A DNA stretch of 64,000 nt from an uncultured Acidobacteriaceae bacterium. Lineage in GTDB: Bacteria > Acidobacteriota > Terriglobia > Terriglobales > Acidobacteriaceae. Below, one piece after another: positions 1 to 9,401 of this stretch. The position numbers and the translations under genes are program-made. Below the pieces are notes generated by a model. The model worked only from the letters and a program-made list of their open reading frames with translations, was not told the origin of the DNA and searched no databases. The stretch is from NCBI GenBank assembly GCA_963746665.1, contig CAVVBW010000003.1:325022-389021 (forward strand), in the 5' to 3' direction. The stretch's first letter is position 1, and each line of letters starts with the position of its first letter.

Positions 1-377
1 GCGCGGGCCACACGAGTCGCAGTGCTTAGCCCAGTCTTGTTTTCGGTCACATCGAGGTACGCCTCATCCAACGACAACGGCTCGATGAGATCGGTGTGCC
101 GCCTAAAGATCTCCCGCGTGAGACGCGAGGCAGCACGATAGCGCGTGAAGTCCGGGGGGATGAAGATTGCCTCCGGGCACAAGCGCTCTGCCCGGATCGC
201 CGGCATGGCGGAGCGCACGCCGAAGCGTCTCGCTTCATAAGAAGCGGCGCAAACCACAGAGCGGTTGCCGCGCCAGGCGACAACGACCGGCTTGCCGCGC
301 AAGAGCGGATCGTCCCGCTGTTCGACGGAGGCATAAAAGGCGTCCATGTCGAGATGGACAATTTTGCGGACGCTCAT
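1..377 (-). CDS. dinB: DNA polymerase IV (Y-family), N-terminal part; the gene continues beyond position 1
   Basis: Not in the ORF track because it has no stop inside the window. The reverse complement from ATG (complement of 375-377) reads [66 protein letters not shown], the Y-family polymerase N-terminal catalytic motif. Confidence 0.85.
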   Translation of the reverse strand, partial: MSVRKIVHLDMDAFYASVEQRDDPLLRGKPVVVAWRGNRSVVCAASYEARRFGVRSAMPAIRAERLCPEAIFIPPDFTRYRAASRLTREIFRRHTDLIEPLSLDEAYLDVTENKTGLSTATRVAR

Positions 378-506
378 CCGCAACTATCTTATTCCGGTTC
401 ACAGGCTTTCTGGGGTATACTCCGCCTGCGTTCCCCGCGCTCCGCAGTTCACACCGGGTCTGAGCAGTTCATGGGCAACCTTAAATTCGAAAAGAGAGAG
501 CTACGC

Positions 507-1379
507 ATGTTATATCGCTGGAGCATTCGAATTTTCGCCATTTTCGCTCTTCTCAGCGTCCGAGCGATCGCCGCCACGCATTACGACGCAATCTATGTCT
601 TTGGAGACAGCTATTGCGATGTAGGAAATATCTACCTGGCAACCAGCCATGCAACTCCTCCCTCGCCACCGTATTACAACGGACGCTTTTCGAATGGGCC
701 CATCTGGGTCGAGCATGTGGCGAGCGCCTGGGGGCTGCCAATGCTGCCCTCGCTTACCGGGGGCACGGATTACGCCGTCGGGGGAGCGTACGTCACGAAG
801 AGCATTTCCACCCCCCTCGGAACCATTCCCAGCGTTCCCGAACAGGTCGGGGAATACCTTACCCAGCATGGCGGCAAGGCCGATAAAGATGCTCTCTATA
901 TCATCGAGGGCGGGGGGAATGACATTCTAAACGCGACCGGAGTGTCGCCGGACGAACTTGGCCTGCGCATAGCGGCAGGAATCGCAGGAGCGGAACTTGC
1001 GTTGCGCCAAGCCGGTGCAAAGCACTTTCTAATACCGGATCTGCTCAATGTAGCCATGTTGCCCGCTGCCCAGGCGAATGCCAGCTTTGCCGCGGCAGCC
1101 ACAAACGCCACCAATCGATCGCTCGACGATTTGCTCGCGCTCGAACAACTGCTCGAGGACGTCCACATCCACCGCCTCGACATATTCTCGCTCTTCCAAG
1201 CCATCGCTTCGGACGCAACCCATTTTGGATTCACGAACATCACGGCGCCTTGCCTCAACCCGGCGACCGATGCCGTGTGCGCGGATCCCGATCACACCCT
1301 TTTCTGGGATGTGGAACATCCGACAGAGTTTGGGCACGCATTCTTCGCGGTCACGGTGGAGGCGCAACTGAGCAAATGA
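507..1379 (+). CDS. secreted SGNH/GDSL lipase/acylhydrolase
   Basis: ORF 96-1379 trimmed to ATG 507, which gives a signal-like MLYRWSIRIFAIFALLSVRAIA. SGNH blocks FGDSYCDVGN, GGGND and DVEHPT are present. The 5' part of the tracked ORF is antisense to dinB. Confidence 0.85.
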   Translation: MLYRWSIRIFAIFALLSVRAIAATHYDAIYVFGDSYCDVGNIYLATSHATPPSPPYYNGRFSNGPIWVEHVASAWGLPMLPSLTGGTDYAVGGAYVTKSISTPLGTIPSVPEQVGEYLTQHGGKADKDALYIIEGGGNDILNATGVSPDELGLRIAAGIAGAELALRQAGAKHFLIPDLLNVAMLPAAQANASFAAAATNATNRSLDDLLALEQLLEDVHIHRLDIFSLFQAIASDATHFGFTNITAPCLNPATDAVCADPDHTLFWDVEHPTEFGHAFFAVTVEAQLSK

Positions 1380-1784
1380 AGGAAAACTGAAACAGCTGCT
1401 GTTCTCAAAGCTCCTCCTCCACGCACGCCATGAGTTTGCGTTCCAGGAAACCGGGCTTCTGAGGGGTTGCGCGCCAGCTTCAAGGCGTCTTCAAAACAAC
1501 GCCGGGCCTCAGATCTTTGGGTCTTTCGATAGGCGGAAGATAAGTACCCATTTTGTTTACTTCTCCTTCCCTCAACTCTATTCATAAGACGAGAGGCCCA
1601 GCCCGAACCGGACATCGGGAATGAAGAATTCTACGGAAATCTCAACCCTCAAGCGCAGGAAGGTCGCGCGGGGACTCGTTTGCGGGTAATATGATTCCTC
1701 CTATCGCAGGCCACAGAAAGGCTACCGTCAAATCTGTTCCCCTTCTCCAAGGGAGACTAGGGAGACTGCGATCATGGTGATCAA

Positions 1785-3056
1785 ATGAGTGGAATCAGGC
1801 GGTTGAGTACAACTCTCCTCGATCGACGCACGCTCCTTCGCTCGGGATTGCTTGCGGCAGGCGCGGGCGCGGGGCGAGCCTTCGGCCTGAGCCCGGTTGA
1901 AGATGGCCAAAGCATCGGCGCGAATGCGCCCGAATGGATGAAGACGCCTGGCCGCGGATTTTCGTTCTATGGCGTGCCTTCCAAATGGCAGAACGGCGTG
2001 AAGCGTGCTCTACCGTCCGCGCCAGGCCGTCCCGGTACCGGGTCGTCCCGCACACCGCTAGAGTCTCTCGAAGGTACGATCACACCGAATGGGCTGCACT
2101 TCGAGCGGCATCACAACGGTGTGCCCGATATCGATCCGGACCAGCATGAGTTACTCATTCACGGGCTTGTGAAGCGGCCGCTCGCCTTTTCCGTAAAGAC
2201 ATTGTTGCGTTATCCAATGGTGACGGAAATCCGATTCATCGAATGCTCCGGGAATAGCGGGGGCTACGGTCAGGCGCAGCCGCAACAAACCACTGCAGGT
2301 GGGCTCAATGGACTCATTTCCTGTTCGGAGTGGACCGGCGTTCGCCTGTCGACGCTGCTCAAGGAAGTGGGGCTGGCGCCCGAGGCGAAGTGGGTGGTGG
2401 CCGAGGGCGCGGACTCCGCAGCCATGAGCCGGAGCGTGCCCATCGAGAAGTGTCTGGAGGACGCCATGGTGGCGCTCTATCAAAATGGCGAGGCGATCCG
2501 TCCGGAGCAGGGCTATCCGATGAGGCTCTTGCTTCCCGGCTTCGAGGGAAACACGAACGTCAAGTGGCTGCGCCGATTGAACGTCGTCCGAGAGCCGGTA
2601 GAAGCGAGGGATGAAACTTCCCACTACACGGAACTGATGCCGAATGGACGAGCGCGTCAGTACATGTTCCTCCAGGAAGTCAAGTCGATCATCGTGAAGC
2701 CGTCGTTCGGCATGGACCTGAATGGCCCGGGCCTCTACGAGGTATCGGGACTGGCCTGGTCGGGCGCCGGGAAGATCGCGAAGGTGGAAGTTTCCGTCGA
2801 CGGAGGCCGCACCTGGCGGCCGGCGGCTCTCGGCGCGCCGGTGCTGTCGAAAGCGCTCACCCGGTTTCGTCTGCCATGGCGCTGGGACGGACGGCCCTCT
2901 GTCCTCATGAGCCGTGCGACGGATGAGAAGGATACGACGCAACCGGCAAGGTCTGCATGGATAGCCCGATATGCGCCGGGTCAACCCTATCATTTCAACG
3001 GAATTCAAAGCTGGAGTGTGGATGTCAATGGGAAGGTCGCGAATGTCTATGTCTAA
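1785..3056 (+). CDS. molybdopterin-dependent sulfite dehydrogenase, SoxC/SorA-like (sulfite oxidase fold), Tat-exported
   Basis: Twin-arginine signal DRRTLLRSGLLAAGAGA. LHFERHHNGVPDID and the Moco-Cys context FIECSGNSG are typical of the SUOX family. Followed by a cytochrome c partner. Confidence 0.8.
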   Translation: MSGIRRLSTTLLDRRTLLRSGLLAAGAGAGRAFGLSPVEDGQSIGANAPEWMKTPGRGFSFYGVPSKWQNGVKRALPSAPGRPGTGSSRTPLESLEGTITPNGLHFERHHNGVPDIDPDQHELLIHGLVKRPLAFSVKTLLRYPMVTEIRFIECSGNSGGYGQAQPQQTTAGGLNGLISCSEWTGVRLSTLLKEVGLAPEAKWVVAEGADSAAMSRSVPIEKCLEDAMVALYQNGEAIRPEQGYPMRLLLPGFEGNTNVKWLRRLNVVREPVEARDETSHYTELMPNGRARQYMFLQEVKSIIVKPSFGMDLNGPGLYEVSGLAWSGAGKIAKVEVSVDGGRTWRPAALGAPVLSKALTRFRLPWRWDGRPSVLMSRATDEKDTTQPARSAWIARYAPGQPYHFNGIQSWSVDVNGKVANVYV

Positions 3057-3627
3057 GTTCGGCCTCCTGTTCTCGCTGGTTGTGCTTTGCGCGTCGGTGC
3101 AGGTTTCTAGCGCGCAGGGTCCGGATTCCCAAGGTTCGAATCCCCAAAGTCCCAATTTAGGACGTCCGCTGACGCCGGAGGAGATTCGCAAGTTTGATAT
3201 CACCATCGAGCCTGACGGGAAGGGATTGCCCCCAGGCCAGGGCTCCGTTGCCGATGGAATGCGCGTGTACTCCGAGAATTGCCAGATGTGTCACGGGGCG
3301 AGGGGTCAAGGCGGACCTCAGGATCGGCTCACCGGCGGCATCGGCACGCTTGCATCGAGCAAACCGGTCAAAACGCCTGTAAGTTATTGGCCAGCCGCCA
3401 CCACGATTTTCGACTATGTGAGGCGCGCGATGCCGCTACAAGCGCCAGAATCGCTTACGAATGACCAAGTGTATGCGGTCACCGCATACATCCTCTCCAT
3501 CGATGGAGTCGTTTCAGAGGACGCTGTGCTCGATGCAAAGTCTTTGCCCCAGGTGAAGATGCCGAATCGAGATGGCTTCGATCGGTGGTGGCCGGTGCCG
3601 CAGCCGAAAGCGGCATCGGGAAAATAA
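3043..3627 (+). CDS. monohaem c-type cytochrome, SoxD/SorB-like partner subunit
   Basis: ORF 2971-3627 trimmed to ATG 3043 (MSMSKFGLLFSLVVLCASVQVSSAQ signal). Haem motif CQMCHG. The start overlaps the stop of the upstream dehydrogenase by 14 nt. Confidence 0.8.
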   Translation: MSMSKFGLLFSLVVLCASVQVSSAQGPDSQGSNPQSPNLGRPLTPEEIRKFDITIEPDGKGLPPGQGSVADGMRVYSENCQMCHGARGQGGPQDRLTGGIGTLASSKPVKTPVSYWPAATTIFDYVRRAMPLQAPESLTNDQVYAVTAYILSIDGVVSEDAVLDAKSLPQVKMPNRDGFDRWWPVPQPKAASGK

Positions 3628-3642
3628 CGCGCTTCCGGCGAA

Positions 3643-4164
3643 TCAAGCGCGGCCGGTCTTGCTTAAGCCGCGATAAAAGCCCAGGTCTTCGCTGCGGATC
3701 ATCTTGGTGATATAGAGAATCTGCCCGTAATGCAGTCCAAAATGCTCGACCACCTGATACACAGCATCCAGGCCTCTGACGTGGTACCCCTGAATCTCGT
3801 ACGGGGCGAGCAAGTCGGTTTCCCCGAGCCGGGAAAGGACCTCCGACGCTTCCTGGATGGTTGCGCCGAGCTCGACGAGCAGCGCGGAGCCTGGCATCGC
3901 TTCTCGTTCGTTGAATTCCCGGGGCCGGTCACGCGTGTCCTCCAAACGGTTGAATGACGCCACGAGCCACTGTCTCACATTGCCGTTCAGATGCAGGATC
4001 AGATTCCCAATGCTGTTGCTCGAATCGTTCGGACGCCACCACACCTGCTCATCCGTGAGAGATTCGACGCAAGTTCTGAGCCGCGGCCAATACTGCCCGA
4101 TCAGCTTCTGGCGGGAAAATTCTAGAAACAGCGCGGCGGTATTCGGTTCCACACTTGTCGTCAT
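3643..4164 (-). CDS. DinB-superfamily (DUF1572-like) four-helix-bundle protein; unrelated to Pol IV
   Basis: ORF 3643-4197. ATG at 4164 follows AGGAGG. WWRPNDSSNSIGNLILHLNGNVRQWL matches the DinB/YfiT-like metal-binding helix pattern. Confidence 0.7.
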   Translation of the reverse strand: MTTSVEPNTAALFLEFSRQKLIGQYWPRLRTCVESLTDEQVWWRPNDSSNSIGNLILHLNGNVRQWLVASFNRLEDTRDRPREFNEREAMPGSALLVELGATIQEASEVLSRLGETDLLAPYEIQGYHVRGLDAVYQVVEHFGLHYGQILYITKMIRSEDLGFYRGLSKTGRA

Positions 4165-4311
4165 CGGAAAACAAACCTCCTGGGCATTCCTGCTCAAGCA
4201 TAACCGGCAACTGGTAGGTCGGGGTTAAAACCCCGACACAGAACGATGCCTCACAATGCTGGCTTTAGCCCCTGAGGTCGAGCTCTTGCAAAATGCACCA
4301 CTACCTGAACT

Positions 4312-5080
4312 CTAAATACCTTTGATTTCGCCGCCGTCCATGCGAAGCGATGCTCCGGTCATCCACTTTGCGGCCGGGGAGACCATGAAGCCGAGGAGTT
4401 CGGCGATCTCTTCCGGTTGCCCGTAGCGGCTGATGCCGGCTTCTTCCGGAAACTTCTTCATCGCTTCCTCAACACTCATCTTGTGCGCTGGCGCCCACTT
4501 CTCGAGGAAGGAGCGGCGGCGCCCAGTCATAACCGCCCCCGGCACAATACTGTTCACCTGAACGCCATCCTTAATCCCTTGTTCCGCGAACGCTTTCGCG
4601 AGAGCCGTAATTGCAGCGTTGGTCGCGGCAACAGCGGCGAAGGCCGGCTTAGGATCAAGCGCGGCGCTCCGGACATGAAAACCACGGAGCCCTGCGCCTG
4701 TTTCAGCGCATCCCATGCCCGAATCGTCAAACGGCGGGCACCGTGCAGTTTCAACTCCATGCCGGCGTTCCACTGTTCATCCGTCATCTCGAAGAGATCG
4801 ATCTGCGGTACGGCGCCAGCGATATTCAGAGCGCGTCGATTCGTCCAAAACGCTCAAGTGTAGCGTTGACCACAGTTTCCGACGCCTCGGTCCGGCTCAA
4901 GTCGAGTGCAAGAGGAAGCGCTTCGGCTCCCGCCTTTTTGACGGCAGCGGCAACTTCTTCAAGCTCCTTGGCATTGCGCGCCGCCAATACCACGGCGGAG
5001 AAGTCGCGGGCCAAACGAATAGCGGTGGAACGTCCAATGCCCTGGCTGGCTCCAGTCACAATTGCGACAGAATCCTTCAT
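4312..5080 (-). pseudogene. short-chain dehydrogenase/reductase split over three frames
   Basis: N-terminus (5080-4826) reads MKDSVAIVTGASQGIGRS...GRIDAL then stop. It continues in another frame as ALNIAGAVPQIDLFEMTDEQWN...GSVVFMSG. A third frame gives SAALDPKPAFAAVAATNAAITALAKAFAEQGIKDGVQVNSIVPG...MDGGEIKGI. Lesions lie near 4823-4826 and 4660-4675. Confidence 0.8.
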
Positions 5081-5166
5081 GATTTCCTCTCTATTGCGTT
5101 GGATAGATTGGATAGATTTGTAAATTGAGAAGTCGCCTCAAGCAACCGTCGCCTGCGCGGCTTCCC

Positions 5167-5862
5167 TTAAGCAAGCGTCGCTTGCGCGGCCTCAAGGATG
5201 ACGTCGACAACCTTGTCCGGCGCCGTAAGCAACGGAGTGTGATCCACCGGGAAAGACCGTACGGTCGCCTTCATGCGTTCCGCCATGAAGCGCTGCGTTT
5301 TCGGATTGATCATCCGGTCCTCTTCCGCGACGAGATACCACGCCGGTTTTGACTTCCACGCCGGAGCGGGAGCAGGTTCCTGAATGCTCTTGACTGAAAT
5401 CGGACGCTGCACTGCCCTCGACAACGCAATCTGCTCAGCCGAAGCGTTCTGGGCAAAGGCGTTGGCGAACCCTTCATCCGGCATCCAGATAAAGCCGTCC
5501 GCATCCGGAGCAAGCTGCGGGGCCTTGGCATGGGCTTCGTCTTTGTAAAAGACCTGAGCGACGGTCTCGCCTTCGTCCGGCGCCAAAGCGGCGACATACA
5601 CCAAAGCCTTCACCCGCTCATCGTTCGCCGTGGCAATGACTGCACCGGCATAGGCATGTCCGGCAACGATCACCGGGCCTTGCGTTCGTGCGAGGGTTCG
5701 CTTCAGAGCGGCCGCGTCGTCGCTCAGCGATGTTAAGGGGATCGGTGCAGCGATCACATTCAAGCCGCGTTCCTCGAGGGAGCGCACGACTGCCTGCCAG
5801 CTCGACCCGTCAGCCCACGCGCCGTGGACCACTACTACTGTCGCTTTCTCAGGAAAATTCAT
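5167..5862 (-). CDS. alpha/beta hydrolase
   Basis: 231-aa ORF. VVVVHGAWADGSSW and the nucleophile-elbow context VIVAGHAYAG are present. Size and pattern fit the alpha/beta hydrolase fold. Confidence 0.75.
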   Translation of the reverse strand: MNFPEKATVVVVHGAWADGSSWQAVVRSLEERGLNVIAAPIPLTSLSDDAAALKRTLARTQGPVIVAGHAYAGAVIATANDERVKALVYVAALAPDEGETVAQVFYKDEAHAKAPQLAPDADGFIWMPDEGFANAFAQNASAEQIALSRAVQRPISVKSIQEPAPAPAWKSKPAWYLVAEEDRMINPKTQRFMAERMKATVRSFPVDHTPLLTAPDKVVDVILEAAQATLA

Positions 5863-5919
5863 GATGTCAATCCTTTCGATCGTTCAACGTGGAAGATGCG
5901 AAGAGGCCGTACTCCTCGA

Positions 5920-6769
5920 TCACGCAAGGAACTTTACAATTTGATGCGCGATGAATTCGCAGGAGTCCTCAAGCGCAAAGTGGCCGGTATCGAGCAGGTG
6001 AAGCTCCGCCTTCGGGATATCTCGCAAGTAGGCTTGCGCACCTTCGACAGTGAAGAAGGGATCGTTCTTTCCCCACACGATCAGCGTCTTCGGCTGCTTG
6101 CTCCGGAAGAATGCATGCCAGCCGTCGTAAAGCGCGAGATTCGATTGATAGTTGTGAAGCAGATTCAACTGGATCGCATCGTTGCCCGGACGATCGAGGA
6201 AGAACTGGTCCATGGTGTAGGAGTCAGGACTGATCCGTGAAACATCCTTGACCCCGTGTGTGTACTGAAAGACCGTGGTCTCTTTCTTGAGTAGCTCTCG
6301 CACCGGCTTCTCCGTCTCCGGGTTGCGGTTCACCCAGAACGGCTTCATCGGATCGAAGGCGGCGCCGATACCCTCGGCATAGGCGTTCCCGTTCTGGACC
6401 ACGATGCCCTCGATCGCGTCCTGATGTCTGGAAGCAATCCGATAGCCCACCGGCGCGCCGTAATCCTGGACATAGATGCTGAATTTTCTTCAGGCCGAGG
6501 ACTCCAAAGAGCAGTTCCTCGATAAACACGGCGAGATTGTCGAAGGTGTAGTCGAACACTCCTACATCCGGGGCATCACTGTGGCCAAAGCCAAGATAGT
6601 CCGGTGCAATCACGTGAAATGTGTCTGCCAGTTGCGGGATCAGGTCGCGGAACATATGCGACGAGCTAGGGAATCCGTGCAGCAGCACGATGGTTGGGGA
6701 GGCTTTCGAGCCGGCCTCGCGATAGAAGAGCTTGAGGCCTTGAACGGTCGCATGTTGAAACGTGGTCAT
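5920..6769 (-). pseudogene. alpha/beta hydrolase (epoxide hydrolase/haloalkane dehalogenase-like) with one frameshift
   Basis: N-terminus from ATG 6769 reads [45 protein letters not shown]...LGLKK. The protein continues only in another frame as [20 protein letters not shown]...GHFALEDSCEFIAHQIVKFLA (ORF 5920-6450). The shift sits at the run gaagaaaattc (minus strand), near 6470-6485. Confidence 0.85.
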
Positions 6770-6825
6770 GATGATTTCCTTTCCCGGTGGCGCGAGGTCG
6801 CGCTTACCAGAATTCGAGATTACAT

Positions 6826-6868
6826 AACACCGGTAAACAATGTCAATAACGGTGTTACGATTGTTTAC
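6826..6868. promoter_or_regulatory. interleaved inverted repeats in a divergent promoter region (candidate operator)
   Basis: AACACCG (6826-6832) pairs with CGGTGTT (6850-6856). GTAAACAAT (6833-6841) pairs with ATTGTTTAC (6860-6868). A third GGTGTTA copy lies at 6882-6888, next to the CGNR gene start. Confidence 0.3.
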
Positions 6869-6887
6869 GATATTTGTAAGAGGTGTT

Positions 6888-7520
6888 ATGCGCGCAGCTC
6901 CTCCAGAAGCGCACGAGTGGATCGACGGGTTTCTGTTCGTGGCAAACAGGCCAATCCTGGACCTGCTCAATACGAAACCGGTCCTGGCAGACCGGCCCAC
7001 GGAATTGCTTCCGGATATTCGCGCGCTCGAAAGATGGTTGATTGCTTCGGGGATGGTGACTTCGGCTAAGGCTAAGGCCGCGCTGCGAAGCTCGAGTCAT
7101 TCAGCCGAAGCTGCGGCCTTCCTCAAAGAGCTCGTCGCCTTCAGGGAAAAATTGCGGGAGACCGTTCTCCGGATGGAGGGCGGATTGGCACCGGCGGAAG
7201 CCTTCCTCGCCGAGGTGAACTCACGGTTGACCGAACACCCTCTCCCCGTTTTGCTGCGCAAGCGAGAGGGAAGAGTCGTTCGCGAGACATCGTTAGAGCT
7301 TCGCCGGCCGGCCGACCTCTGGGCCCCGATCATCGACGCTACTGCAGAGCTTCTCGCGGAAACGGACTTATCGCGTGTTCGCAAGTGCGAATCATGCGTC
7401 ATTCATTTCTTTGACACCAGCAAAAAGGGCTCACGCCGATGGTGCAGCATGAATATCTGCGGCAACAAACTCAAGGTTGCCGCCTACCAGAGGAGGAAGC
7501 GCAGGGTAACAGGTCGCTGA
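6888..7520 (+). CDS. CGNR zinc-finger (ABATE-domain) putative regulator
   Basis: ORF 6840-7520 trimmed to ATG 6888. C-terminal [42 protein letters not shown] is the CGNR zinc-finger signature. Confidence 0.8.
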   Translation: MRAAPPEAHEWIDGFLFVANRPILDLLNTKPVLADRPTELLPDIRALERWLIASGMVTSAKAKAALRSSSHSAEAAAFLKELVAFREKLRETVLRMEGGLAPAEAFLAEVNSRLTEHPLPVLLRKREGRVVRETSLELRRPADLWAPIIDATAELLAETDLSRVRKCESCVIHFFDTSKKGSRRWCSMNICGNKLKVAAYQRRKRRVTGR

Positions 7521-7750
7521 ATGAACGGTCTTGGGTGCCCCTGTTGCAATCCCCCAAATGCCGGATCACCTTCCTCCTAAGCCCCCAGGAAATGCCGTGT
7601 TCCGCGCTGGGTCAGACCCGGCAAACCAGATATCGAGTCTCCAGCTTTACTGGCCTCTCGTGCCACCAGAAGGGCTACGGCCTTGGAAAAGTGGTGAGTC
7701 CTGGTACTCCACGGGCATACCTCCAACGACTCCTAAGTAGACAGAAGCTG

Positions 7751-8431
7751 TTAGTGCTTCGTAGCAATGGACCGGCCGGATCGCTTAGAGACTGCGCGCT
7801 TCGGCAATCGCGGAACAACCTGCACGCCCGCCCAAAGCGTAGCGATCGTTTGCTCGACCACGAGAGTCTGGTCAGGCAAGTCAGGCACAACCCCTTGGAT
7901 AACAAAGAGTGTGGCGAGGCCAAAGATCGTAAACCACCAGGTGTGGGCTATCACGATGTCATCCCTATTCGGCAATCCTTCATCCCTGGCAACATCGAAA
8001 AAGAGCTGCACGAAACGTCCGAACAACGGCGCGCCAATGTCGTTGATGTATTGTCCAGCGCGGATGCCGTTTCGGTTCTCCGGCCCGAAGAAGACGTTGC
8101 GGAACTGCTGGGGATGGGCAGTGCAGAACTGAATCAAGCCGCGTGAAGTCGCAAAAAGACGCTCTTTCGGTTGAGGATGTTCAGCGGCAATCGCGTCGAA
8201 GTTCTGAATCATCAGCCCGATCGTCTCGCGGCTCAACTCGGCAAGAATGTGTGATTTGTCCGGAAAATGCTGGTAGATCACGGCGTGGGTATAGCCGATC
8301 TCTTTAGCAATCTCGCGAAGCGTCACGGCTTCGTAACCGCGATCGGCGAACATTTTACCTGCAACCGCAAGGATTTCGCCCCGCAACCTCTCCTTGCGCT
8401 CTACCCGGCGACTTGGTGATGTAGATGTCAC
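7751..8431 (-). CDS. TetR/AcrR family transcriptional regulator
   Basis: GTG start. N-terminal HTH reads RGEILAVAGKMFADRGYEAVTLREIAKEIGYTHAVIYQHFPDKSHIL. Confidence 0.9.
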   Translation of the reverse strand: MTSTSPSRRVERKERLRGEILAVAGKMFADRGYEAVTLREIAKEIGYTHAVIYQHFPDKSHILAELSRETIGLMIQNFDAIAAEHPQPKERLFATSRGLIQFCTAHPQQFRNVFFGPENRNGIRAGQYINDIGAPLFGRFVQLFFDVARDEGLPNRDDIVIAHTWWFTIFGLATLFVIQGVVPDLPDQTLVVEQTIATLWAGVQVVPRLPKRAVSKRSGRSIATKH

Positions 8432-8464
8432 TTCAATAGCCTAGTCTCATTTTGCGATTTTTAC

Positions 8465-8525
8465 AACCATTAGTTTATTTATGACCAGTGGTAAACAGCC
8501 AATGCTTATTTTGCAACCAATGGTT
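8465..8525. promoter_or_regulatory. three related ACCAnTGGT-type palindromes (candidate TetR operators)
   Basis: AACCATTAGTT at 8465-8475, ACCAGTGGT at 8484-8492, and AACCAATGGTT at 8515-8525. They lie between the divergent TetR gene and the NAD(P)H-binding gene. Confidence 0.35.
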
Positions 8526-8595
8526 TTCTTGGGCCTCTAATGGTCAGGTCGCTCATTTGGATGGGCGGCCAAATACGAGGCAAAAGGAGAATGCG

Positions 8596-9222
8596 ATGAA
8601 AGTTCTAGTGATTGGAGCAGCGGGCAGGATCGGAGAAGCGCTGGTAAATGAGGCGCTGGCGGCCGGACATGAGGTGACGGCTTTCGTGCGCGGTGCCGCG
8701 CAGTACAAGAAGGCGAACGTCAGAGTTGTTGCGGGCGACGCGCTGGACGCGGCCGCGGTCGACGCTGCGGTCGCCGGACAGGATGCGGTGATCGACGCGC
8801 TGGGCGGCAAGACGCCGTGGAAAGTGACGACGAGGGAAACGAGCGCGGCACACAATATTGTGGACGCGATGCGGCGCAATGGCGTGCGGCGATTGCTGAA
8901 GATTTCGGTGGTTGGTGCGGGCGAGAGCGTCAAGAACGCCGGCTTTTTCAACGAGCACCTGCTCATGCGGACGTTTCTGCGGGGTCTGCTGGTAGACAAG
9001 GCGGGCATGGAGGCCGAGATCGAAGGCAGCCACTTGGACTGGACGCTCGTGCGGCCGCCGATGTTGACCGACGGCGAGAAGACCGGCGTTGCCAGGGTGC
9101 TGAGCACGGAGGGCGGCGAGAAGGCGCACAAGATCGGGCGGGTAGATCTGGCAGCCTTCATGGTGCAGCAACTGGAAAGCAGCCGGTATGTGCGTCAGGC
9201 CGTGACAGTGACGACCACATAG
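8596..9222 (+). CDS. NAD(P)H-binding atypical SDR (BVR-B/NmrA-like)
   Basis: ORF 8488-9222 trimmed to ATG 8596, which is preceded by AAGGAG. Rossmann motif MKVLVIGAAGRIGEAL. Confidence 0.8.
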   Translation: MKVLVIGAAGRIGEALVNEALAAGHEVTAFVRGAAQYKKANVRVVAGDALDAAAVDAAVAGQDAVIDALGGKTPWKVTTRETSAAHNIVDAMRRNGVRRLLKISVVGAGESVKNAGFFNEHLLMRTFLRGLLVDKAGMEAEIEGSHLDWTLVRPPMLTDGEKTGVARVLSTEGGEKAHKIGRVDLAAFMVQQLESSRYVRQAVTVTTT

Positions 9223-9401
9223 CAAGGCCTCCGCGAGGATCAACCACCTCTCTCATCGAGATCGGCTGTGTAAAGGCCTGTAACGACTCATGCGACAGAT
9301 AACTGTGGAAACCCACGGGACTAGCGGAGTGCTAGCTGCGCAAATCACAAGCTCTGGCGTTCACCTCAGAGCACCAACTTCGTTCACGAAAGGAAACTTA
9401 T

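Noticed and set aside
96-506. N-terminal 137 residues of tracked ORF 96-1379.
   Set aside because: This part is antisense to the well-supported dinB 5' end and is Arg/Pro-rich. The lipase signal peptide and SGNH block I begin only after ATG 507.
1292-1615. 107-aa minus-strand ORF with a TPR-like stretch (EARRCFEDALKLARNPSEA) in the 400-bp spacer after the lipase gene.
   Set aside because: There is no plausible start or stop structure, since it runs into the lipase gene antisense. Only about 30 residues look meaningful. It may be a gene fragment but is not callable.
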